DNA from: Tortispora ganteri
Lineage: Eukaryota
Direction: 5' to 3'
DNA length: 64,000 nt
Assembly: GCA_003707115.1 (NCBI GenBank)
Contig: PPNB01000008.1
Coordinates: 62,001 to 126,000, forward strand
A program made the translations under genes and the position numbers. Below, one piece after another: positions 23,980 to 32,575 of this stretch (its first letter is position 1; each line of letters starts with the position of its first letter). The notes under the pieces are model-generated. The model did not search any database. It saw only the letters and a program-made list of their open reading frames with translations, and was not told the origin of the DNA.

Positions 23980-24975
23980 TTAAACAACTTTTTGCTTTTT
24001 TGCCTCAAGCTCAAGGAGAATTGACTTCAAACGATTTGCAAACGTCTTGCCGTTCTCATCCACATTTATATCGGAACACGTTGCCTCCCAGATTGCCACC
24101 CCAGCGAAGTTTTCTTGGTTAAATGACGAAGATAATTTATCACTGAGAGTATTGAAATTTAAAGCATTTCTAATAGTAGCAGGCGCTGCGTCAAATGTGG
24201 CAAATATTTTGATATCTTTGTTCTTCGATAGCTTGTTCTTCTTATCTGCTACTTTGTTGACCCAATCTTCGAGGTTGAACTCGTCAGAATTAATTGAACA
24301 TGATTCTTCAAAAGAGAAATAAGGTAACACGAAATCGAAATAATTTTTTGCAAGTACTTCAGTTGTCCAGGGCTCAGTTAGACTGCATCCTTTCATTGAA
24401 AGACCAATGTACTTATTGGAAAACTTGGAAGACTGCTTAGACATATTCTCTCGCAGCTCTTTAACGAAAACATCTTTTTCATTCATGGCCATACTGGTAG
24501 AATTGAAATTGATTGTAAACCCATCAAATGCGAAATCGCCAATAGGACAAGGCTTTACTAAAAACGAATCGCACAGTTTTCCTGCCACAGATATCATCTC
24601 ATCAGGCGTCATAACTTTTGGAACGTCCGGTTGAATTATTGACAATAAAACTGGTTTTCCCTGCGACTGACAGAATTTGATATCTTCTTCTAATTCTTGC
24701 ATGCGCTCATTGCTATTCTCCTTATTGCAATAGGTATCATCACAAAATGTAGATAATCTCAACGTGTCGTATTTTTGGGGATCAGTGAAGTCTGCCAAAT
24801 GCATAAGAACAATCGCATCATTTGTATCATCTGTGCAATATTTTCTCAATCGTGATTGCTCTTGCAATTTTCCTACACTGTTTTGACCCCAGAACAGAAT
24901 GACGTTTGAATGACTGTTCAGATCAAAAGCCTTGATACCGACAGAAAGGAATATCAATAATACAAAGTACTGCAT
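23980..24975 (-). CDS. Secreted GH18 chitinase-like protein, predicted catalytically inactive (start moved to MQYFVLL)
   Basis: Signal peptide, FWGQNS, EDIKFCQSQGK, NFAGVAIWEA; catalytic motif reads DGFTINFN. Confidence 0.85.
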   Translation of the reverse strand: MQYFVLLIFLSVGIKAFDLNSHSNVILFWGQNSVGKLQEQSRLRKYCTDDTNDAIVLMHLADFTDPQKYDTLRLSTFCDDTYCNKENSNERMQELEEDIKFCQSQGKPVLLSIIQPDVPKVMTPDEMISVAGKLCDSFLVKPCPIGDFAFDGFTINFNSTSMAMNEKDVFVKELRENMSKQSSKFSNKYIGLSMKGCSLTEPWTTEVLAKNYFDFVLPYFSFEESCSINSDEFNLEDWVNKVADKKNKLSKNKDIKIFATFDAAPATIRNALNFNTLSDKLSSSFNQENFAGVAIWEATCSDINVDENGKTFANRLKSILLELEAKKQKVV

Positions 24976-25759
24976 ATTGGAGTTTTGGTTTTCAAGTGAA
25001 TTTGTGTAAAAGCCTTCAGCTATACACACATATATATATGCATGTACATTGGCTCTAGTATTACCTTATTGGGTTATCATTATACATATCTACGACTGCG
25101 GAATATTTAACAATATACTCCACCTTTTGGTGTACATACAATTCCGCTTCGATGATATCTTGATGTATAATTAGTACTTGATCTATAATGGGAAGTGCAG
25201 CCGAGAATTCAACTTGACCTTGAATTTATACCAGCGTCTTTACGTTTGCAACGGAGATTATCATCACGGTTTTTAATGAAAGGAGAGGTTTTAATGTGAG
25301 AATTTTCTTTCTGCTACTCATATGCGTATCATCACCTAAGAGCGATCTAATTTGGAACTAAGTACCGTTAATGAATGAGATCGGATCAGGTTTTTGGATC
25401 TTGTGTTGAGCAGAAATAATCAGTGTTTCTGGTTAACTCGTTTATTCATTTTACAATTACTTGATACGGTAGTTAATTAATGCTTAGGTAGCACAATAAG
25501 TGGTATCACCAACACCTTTTTGGGCTAATGTGGCATCGCTAGGTACAGAAGAAAAACAACCTCATTAAGAATAAAGTTACAACAACGATGAAATGATCAA
25601 CAGTGTATCTGCAATAGGCAATACACGAAAGTAATGATTTTATGTATACTTGATAATAATACGAATTTTGAAGCTAAGATTACAATTTTCCTTTTCAAAA
25701 TAGCCAATAATCATAATAAATAACACATATGTTGTTTTTAAAAAATAAATATCAAAAAT

Positions 25760-28093
25760 TTACTCAAAACTTCCTGAAACGTACATCGTTAAGTAGTTCA
25801 GATCTTGTCGAGGAATTCTGTCAATGACGATTCTGTATTTACCATTCTCTAGACGCTCTAGTTTGCCAAGAGTGCTGCCCCTCACTATATGGTCAGAAGT
25901 AAACTCAAATGTGAAGCCCTCAGACAATGTATTTCCTGTATTCTCAACGACATTAATGACTGCGCCGAACGAGTTCTCGCCAATCACTTCAGGCTCGATT
26001 TGTACGCTTATACTGTCTGACTGAGGTCCAATTATAGAATGAGAATGCACTGCATTATCCGCAAGGGCTCTGAGTTTGGGATGAAGGCGATGGAGAGGCA
26101 CAAACTCGCGTTTGGTCTTGCTAGAGGTGGAGGGACATACGGCTTCAGATCCAGTTGCGTAGTCGCAGATGATAGACGAACCAAAAGGCTTGCAAGCGGT
26201 TCCAGGAGCACATGCACGAACCACCCATTCGTTGTGGGCGCAAACAGCAAAATCAGTGCCGCTGCAGCGGTACTCGCCGTCAGTAGAACAGAAAGATCCA
26301 GAGTCTATGCAGCCAGTTGCAGTAGTAGGTGGTTCTTCTACCGTGGTATGTTCAGCAGCTTCAGTAGTAGTATCCGGAATATTTGTGACGGTGACGACAG
26401 GATCATCAGTTTCAGTGGTAGGAGGGTCGACAGGATCAGGAGTTTCAGTGGTAGGAGGGTCGACAGGATCAGGAGTTTCAGTGGTAGGAGGTTCGACAGG
26501 GTTTACAGGACCAGCACCTTCTCCTGGTGTAACACTTTCAGGCTCCCGAATAGTAGTAGTCCATGTGTTTTCGGTCGGATAGACAGTGATAGTGATAGTG
26601 ACACCTTCAGATATCGTAGTCTTAACGACTACATCAGTAGTGTAGGCGTTTGTAGTCTCGTACGTCGGAGCAGCAGCCGTAGTAGTGTCAGAAGTTTGAT
26701 CAGCAGTAGACTTGTGCGTTGAGGCTGCAGCAGTGGTATCAGGAGTCCACCAAACTTGTGTAGATGTTTCATCAGCAGCAGTGGTATCAGGAGTCCACCA
26801 AACTTGTGTAGATGTTTCATCAGCAGTGGTATCAGGAGTCCACCAAACTTGTGTAGATGTTTCATCAACAGCAGATGTATCAGGAGTCCACCAAACTTGT
26901 GTAGATGTTTCATCAACAGCAGTGGTATCAGGAGTCCACCAAACTTGTGTAGATGTTTCATCAGCGGCAGTAGTATCAGGAGTCCACCAAACTTGTGTAG
27001 ATGTTTCATCAGCAGCAGAGGTATCAGGAGTCCACCAAACCTGAGTCGAAATCGGCGCAGTAGTACCGGCAGCAGCTGCAGTTGAAGTGGCTATGGGAAC
27101 AAGTACAGCAGACGATTGGTCAGATCCGGAACTTCCAGAGAGGAGGTAGTTCTTAGCATGTTGCGCGTAATTAACATCGCTGCTTACCATATTGTTGTAA
27201 GCCTGAGAAGCATCCCACATCATGACACCTCCAAAATTTGCAAAATTCTTTACCTGGTCAATGTAGCTGTCGAGTTCAGAGGCGGAAACGTAACCTGATC
27301 CAGCCGCTGTGGAGGAGGCAGGTACACCAAGGAAGATCTTAGCGTTCGGGTTGTAGGAGCCGCCACTAGTGACTTGATTTTGCCAATAGTCAAAGTTGAA
27401 AGACGTAGTACCTACTCTGCAGTAATTGTTGTAGAATTGAACAAACAAAAAGTCAATATATGACCGTTGAATAGCATCACCCATCCATGCGTCAGGATAA
27501 GGGCATTGCGGGGCAGCCCCAATATAAATGTTAGAGCCACTAGAGGAGGCAAGTGAACGTAATTCTGTTACTAAAGCAGCATAACCGGTCGAAGTACCAC
27601 CTTCAATGTCAAGATCAAAACCATCGACCACTGAGTCGCCAAAAGGACGTGTACTGGAAGTACCTGCACCAAAAAGATCCCATAAAGTTTGAGCAAATTC
27701 TTTAGCCTGAGTGTCGGAAGTAAAGCCATAAGATCCAGCAGCTCCACCAAGAGATAAAAGAACAATTTTTCCGTTGTTTTGACATGTTTTAATATCTTCA
27801 GCAATAGTATCGCACTGCAAAAGTGATGTACCCGGGAAATAAGTTCCCTCGCAAGCATTTGCGAAGTTAACCTCGGGAAGGCCACCAGCTCCGAAGAAAG
27901 TCATCAAAAAGGATAATATAATAATATCAGTAGTATCATCTTGACAGTAATAAGAAAGACGTTGTTGAGTACTAGAACCGCCTGCGGAGTTCTGGCCCCA
28001 ATACAAGACCATATTGGTTTTCGCATTGGCGTCAAAGGCTAGCACAGTTGAGGCACAAGTAATAATTGCCAATGCTACTTTTGAGAACAGCAT
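25760..28093 (-). CDS. CTS1: Class III GH18 endochitinase (Cts1-type) with repeat stalk, CBM19 and C-terminal extension
   Basis: Signal peptide, YWGQNS, SLGGA, intact DGFDLDIE, APQCPYPD, QFYNNYC, GGVMMWDAS; Cys-rich CAHNEWVVRACAPGTAC module. Confidence 0.92.
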   Translation of the reverse strand: MLFSKVALAIITCASTVLAFDANAKTNMVLYWGQNSAGGSSTQQRLSYYCQDDTTDIIILSFLMTFFGAGGLPEVNFANACEGTYFPGTSLLQCDTIAEDIKTCQNNGKIVLLSLGGAAGSYGFTSDTQAKEFAQTLWDLFGAGTSSTRPFGDSVVDGFDLDIEGGTSTGYAALVTELRSLASSSGSNIYIGAAPQCPYPDAWMGDAIQRSYIDFLFVQFYNNYCRVGTTSFNFDYWQNQVTSGGSYNPNAKIFLGVPASSTAAGSGYVSASELDSYIDQVKNFANFGGVMMWDASQAYNNMVSSDVNYAQHAKNYLLSGSSGSDQSSAVLVPIATSTAAAAGTTAPISTQVWWTPDTSAADETSTQVWWTPDTTAADETSTQVWWTPDTTAVDETSTQVWWTPDTSAVDETSTQVWWTPDTTADETSTQVWWTPDTTAADETSTQVWWTPDTTAAASTHKSTADQTSDTTTAAAPTYETTNAYTTDVVVKTTISEGVTITITVYPTENTWTTTIREPESVTPGEGAGPVNPVEPPTTETPDPVDPPTTETPDPVDPPTTETDDPVVTVTNIPDTTTEAAEHTTVEEPPTTATGCIDSGSFCSTDGEYRCSGTDFAVCAHNEWVVRACAPGTACKPFGSSIICDYATGSEAVCPSTSSKTKREFVPLHRLHPKLRALADNAVHSHSIIGPQSDSISVQIEPEVIGENSFGAVINVVENTGNTLSEGFTFEFTSDHIVRGSTLGKLERLENGKYRIVIDRIPRQDLNYLTMYVSGSFE
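26397..26500 (-). repeat. 30-bp coding tandem repeat, about 3 copies (PVDPPTTETP)
   Basis: Repeated tttcagtggtaggagggtcgacaggatc units. Confidence 0.9.
26726..27046 (-). repeat. 48-bp coding minisatellite x7 (TQVWWTPDTTAADETS)
   Basis: Seven gtatcaggagtccaccaaac cores spaced 48 bp apart (one unit is 45 bp). Confidence 0.97.
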
Positions 28094-28346
28094 AATTAAA
28101 AATTTCAGGGTATCAGGATTATATAAATGAAAGACAAAAGTTAGATTGGAATGAAATTAACGAATGTAATGCCACAAAAGTAGGGGGGTATCGAATAAAG
28201 ACAGTGGCTACCAAGTATCTTCGTGTGATGGATAGATTAGTTTGTTATACTTAAACGAAGAAAAAAAAGAGAATGATCGGAAGTGAGATCTAATCTTGTT
28301 ATATAAGTTTTTTGAGCATTTTAGTTGAATCATTCGAAAGTAAAGA

Positions 28347-28892
28347 GGCTGGCTGGTTTCAAAGAAGGTATAGTCTAAAACTGTAGTACCTTTGCTTCCT
28401 TAATTGGGATGAGCAATAAACTTTATTAAAATAACAACCCATAAATTTTTTCTTTTTGCTTATAAATAACAAATTCTTAGTACATGATATTTTATTTTTT
28501 GTTTATTTTCAGAGTTACATATAAAAGATTACAATAATGAATTATTATACCATTTCTACAATTGAATGTCTGTACTTGGTTGATTTTCAATCCTGGATTC
28601 GAATTCACGTCCCACCTCGAGGAGCTAATTTAAGCTGTCAAATGAACTCTATATTTGATAAAGTTAGCCAGCCATCGACTTTTTTATATTCAATCGAAAA
28701 TAAAAAGCAAATTACATCATGAATATAGCTTAATATACTAAAGATCTCGGTATATAGAGAGATCTAATATTATTACTTAAAGTTATTGCAAAGATTCACC
28801 CTCAGCTTTTTCTGGAGCAAACGTTTCTCTCTTTAGAACTCGGCATATTTATTAAGAGGATCTATTTCCACCGCAATTGATCTTCTACCAGC
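28347..28892. promoter_or_regulatory. Cluster of CCAGC (Ace2/Swi5-type) motifs upstream of the chitinase
   Basis: GGCTGGCTGGT at 28347-28357, GCCAGC at 28667 and ACCAGC at 28887. Confidence 0.45.
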
Positions 28893-29504
28893 CACGAGGT
28901 AGATGTACATTTTTTAGTACTATAAGTGTAGTTAACGTTCTATTTTAGATCTAGCATTAGGCTCTTAGTGTAGTTAATTTCCAATATTAGAACTGCCTTA
29001 GAACCGATTGCTTTTGGTACTAACCTAGTTAGTGTGCTCACATGTAGACTAATGTAAAGCTAAATGATCCAACTGAATTGAGAAAAAGAAATCAAAACTC
29101 ACTATTAGGTATGATATCATAATTATAAAATATCTTTGCTCAGTCTTGAAGTCTTATTGCTCAGGGTATAAATTTATTCCTGTAACTTAATTGCGTACCA
29201 GGTTAATTCGTGCTTACATTTCCCCCGTTATACACTAAAATTTAGGTAATTTCTAGCAAGCAAATACCGATATAAATTTTTGGCAACTTTTAATCGCTAA
29301 TTAAAATATTAAAAAGACCGTATTTACTGTATTCTGTCTATATACAGCTACCTTTATCATGATATTGAAACTTTATTCCCATTAAGGTTCTCTTTAGTAT
29401 GGTCCTATACAGCTTATTAACGGATCCGGCCCGAGAACTAGCAGGAACTAGTGAAAATTCTGAAAAAATACTGATGCAAGTAGTATCTGTCAGTTAAGAT
29501 CATA

Positions 29505-30389
29505 CTAAAAGTACTTCTTCTCTGATTCCGAAAAATCATCTGGCAGTTCGCTGCCAGAACGTTCGAGTTCCAGTTGCTGATCAAACAGTTTCTGGGCCTT
29601 TTCGGTGTCATCGTAGTCAAAAGTGTCATCATATTCCGATTGAGGCTTACTTTGCATAGAAGATGTCTTTCCATTCCTAATATTGTCCCATGCAGAGTTG
29701 GAAGCGCCCTGGTCCTGTCTAATTACATCCCAGGCTGATTTCTCAGATTGGGCGGGCGCGTTGGAAGACTTGGAAGTGTTTGCAAATGTAGGTGTCCATT
29801 GCTGTGATTCAGACTCAATTGCTGTACTGTTAGAATCGACTTCAAAATCAGCCATAGATGACGCTTCGCCAGATGCTATTTTCTCTTCACGGATCCTGAT
29901 CATTTCCTGGCCAATAAGCTTGTCCATTTCGGGATTACTTTTCAATTTCTCATCAATGATATTCAGTAGTTTAGGATTCTGCGAAGTAGCTACAAAATAA
30001 GGTGTCCAAATAACTCCGCCATGTAACCGGATGTAATTCATAGTGACATTCATATTAGGCGTATCCGTGTACCGGGCGCTAAGTTTCGCTAATCCAATAG
30101 CTTCAGCGACATCGCCACCGATCATGAGACCCATAAAGGAACCAATCAGTGTATTTATAGATCTTCTTTGCGGATTGGCATTACGTGTGCCGACATTGAC
30201 TATCATACCAAATATGAGCGAACCTGCAAAAAGTCCTATCATCCGGCTTCGATCTACCTTCCAGAGTGCATCCGCCACTTCCTTACGCTGGTTCAGGCTG
30301 AGACGTCTTTCTGCAGCATAAAACCTTACAAATTCGTCATTCTCCTTCACTGCAATTGGGTAATGTTCTGTATTATTCGAATCAGACAT
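29505..30389 (-). CDS. Mitochondrial membrane protein, DUF1689/YIL077C-like
   Basis: Two hydrophobic segments, WTPYFVATSQNP and tandem SAWDxIR motifs as recalled for YIL077C. Confidence 0.65.
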   Translation of the reverse strand: MSDSNNTEHYPIAVKENDEFVRFYAAERRLSLNQRKEVADALWKVDRSRMIGLFAGSLIFGMIVNVGTRNANPQRRSINTLIGSFMGLMIGGDVAEAIGLAKLSARYTDTPNMNVTMNYIRLHGGVIWTPYFVATSQNPKLLNIIDEKLKSNPEMDKLIGQEMIRIREEKIASGEASSMADFEVDSNSTAIESESQQWTPTFANTSKSSNAPAQSEKSAWDVIRQDQGASNSAWDNIRNGKTSSMQSKPQSEYDDTFDYDDTEKAQKLFDQQLELERSGSELPDDFSESEKKYF

Positions 30390-30651
30390 AGCCCTAATAA
30401 TTGGTTCTCGATCTGTCTTCTGGTTGTTCAGTCTGTTGGCGGACCCTTCCTCCCCAATAGCCTGTAGGTTTCCTCGTTGCTATGAGGGGGATTTAATAAT
30501 AGCCATTTATTCCACGGCTTAGCCAAAACAGCTAGATCTATTCATCTACAAGATCCAGCTGTTTATGCATCAACAAAGAGTAAATACGCTTTTGTAGTCG
30601 GTTCTTGAAGTAATATATGTTTTTAGGTTCGTCACACAACGTACAAAATAT

Positions 30652-32160
30652 CTAGAGAGAGAGGCCTTCCTTTGCAAGCTCCTCCACTATAACCTCTTTC
30701 ACTAATTCTGTTTTCGCGGCAGGAACTTTAATAACACGCTTCTCCTTCGTAGCAAGCTCTTTGAAGTCTTCAGGGAGAATTTTGTCAAAATCATAGCCTG
30801 TGACATCTTTGAGTGCTAGGTCTACAGCTTCAGCGAACTTCGCAGGATGAGCAGTGCATAAGCATACCGTAGTAACACCAGCTGGTAGACTCATACCGGC
30901 AGTAACGCTGACAGCTGAGTGAGGGTCAAGCACGTATCCATTGTATTTTGTATAAACTTCGCGAATTGTAGCAAGTGTGGTTTCATTAGACACTCTATCG
31001 CTCGAGAAACCCACTTGAGCGGCTTTGTAGACGGACTCCGGCGCCTCAAATGCACCTTTTGTCTTAACATCTTTCATCCACGAGCTGACGAGCTTTCCAG
31101 CTTCTTCATTAGTCGCGCAGTGGTTTTCACGTGCAAGGTACCAAAGCAGACGCTCAAAGTTACTGCTTACCAAGATATCCATCGCGGGCGAGTAAGTTTC
31201 GGCGACAGGAGCCACCGATCCGTCAGCAGATTTTTGCTTCTCGTATTTTCCGGTCTTCCAGAACCTGTCAAGAATATCGTTCTCGTTAGTAGCAACCACT
31301 AGACTCTCAACGGGCAGACCCATGCGTTTCGCATAGTACCCGGCAAGAATATCGCCAAAGTTGCCCGTAGGAACGACATAGCGCACTTTAGGTACGCCAA
31401 GTTGAATGTAAGAGTACACATAATAGGATATTTGTGCCAGAATACGAGCCCAGTTAATGGAATTAACAGCACCTAAGTGATACCTGTTGTTGAACTGCGT
31501 GTCACCAAAGAGTTCCTTCACAATATCCTGGCAATCATCGAACGTTCCAGAGACAGCTAGGTTGTGCACATTAGGGTCAAGAACACTAGTCATTTGCGCC
31601 TCCTGAATAGGCGAAATTCTCCCTAGCGGGTGGAGGATAAAAACGGATACGTCCTTTTTGTTTCGTAACCCGTAAATCGCAGCCGAGCCAGTGTCGCCCG
31701 AGGTAGCGCCGACTACGGTGATATGTTCACGCGATTTGTCATTTTCATCTTTGCCCTTGTTGCGACGAGTGAGAAAATATTCAAACAGGTTTCCTACAAA
31801 TTGCAGAGCGACGTCCTTGAAGGCGTAAGTAGGGCCGTGAAACAGTTCAAGAAGATAGAGGTCGTGATCACTATCAAGGGGCTTGACAGGAGTAACGTGC
31901 GGGTCCCTGAAAGTGGAGTAACTAGCGTCTACAAGTTTTTTGAGATCGTCTGCGGGGATTTCGTCACGAGAAATATATAGTGAGAGGATTTCGAATGCAA
32001 CTTGCTGGAAAGAGTAGTCTTTCCATGACGCCAAATCAGGAAGGCTCGCGAACGCCGATGGAATGTAAAGTCCGCCGTCAGGCGCAAGACCAGTCATAAC
32101 TGCTTCCTCAAAAGAAATCAGTTTGTCTGAGGACCTTGTTGATAGATATTTTTGAGACAT
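30652..32160 (-). CDS. THR4: Threonine synthase
   Basis: YLSTR, GLAPDGGLY, ELFHGPTYAFKD (PLP lysine), ATSGDTG, NSINWAR and TAHPAKF. Confidence 0.97.
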   Translation of the reverse strand: MSQKYLSTRSSDKLISFEEAVMTGLAPDGGLYIPSAFASLPDLASWKDYSFQQVAFEILSLYISRDEIPADDLKKLVDASYSTFRDPHVTPVKPLDSDHDLYLLELFHGPTYAFKDVALQFVGNLFEYFLTRRNKGKDENDKSREHITVVGATSGDTGSAAIYGLRNKKDVSVFILHPLGRISPIQEAQMTSVLDPNVHNLAVSGTFDDCQDIVKELFGDTQFNNRYHLGAVNSINWARILAQISYYVYSYIQLGVPKVRYVVPTGNFGDILAGYYAKRMGLPVESLVVATNENDILDRFWKTGKYEKQKSADGSVAPVAETYSPAMDILVSSNFERLLWYLARENHCATNEEAGKLVSSWMKDVKTKGAFEAPESVYKAAQVGFSSDRVSNETTLATIREVYTKYNGYVLDPHSAVSVTAGMSLPAGVTTVCLCTAHPAKFAEAVDLALKDVTGYDFDKILPEDFKELATKEKRVIKVPAAKTELVKEVIVEELAKEGLSL

Positions 32161-32575
32161 AGCAGTTACTTTTAGGGCGGGTTATGACTCCGGGTTGTCT
32201 AATTGAGTAGTCGTTGTCAAGGGATAAACTTACGCAGCTTTGACTTTTATTGCGGAAGGGTTCAATATGAACTGCACTTTATGACCAATCACGGGTATGA
32301 ACTTATGATTCACTAAATGTAATGCCAGACGTCAATTATAAGCAGTTAAATGATGTGAATTATCAAATAATATAATAGAAGAGAATTTGAGTAGTTTAGG
32401 AGCGGATATGTCAATAAAAGCCAATATTTCTCAAAGAGGAATGGTGGAGATTAACAGGCCCCTTAAACTAAGATCAATTAATGAGGGACCAAATCTGGAC
32501 CCACTATGAGGGTTGTAGATGTTATTATTTAGATAAGTGGATTTTACACTTGATTGTTTTATTATTACAATTGAA

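Noticed and set aside
22030..24975. Calling the two divergent GH18 genes pseudogenes
   Set aside because: Both have uninterrupted frames, signal peptides and full barrel length, so they are treated as pseudoenzyme CDS
26726..27046. Regularly spaced direct repeats resembling a CRISPR array
   Set aside because: The units are near-identical throughout with no unique spacers, keep frame inside a chitinase, and the genome is eukaryotic with no cas genes
26039..27085. Several overlapping alternative-frame ORFs with repeated peptides
   Set aside because: Shadows of the coding minisatellites
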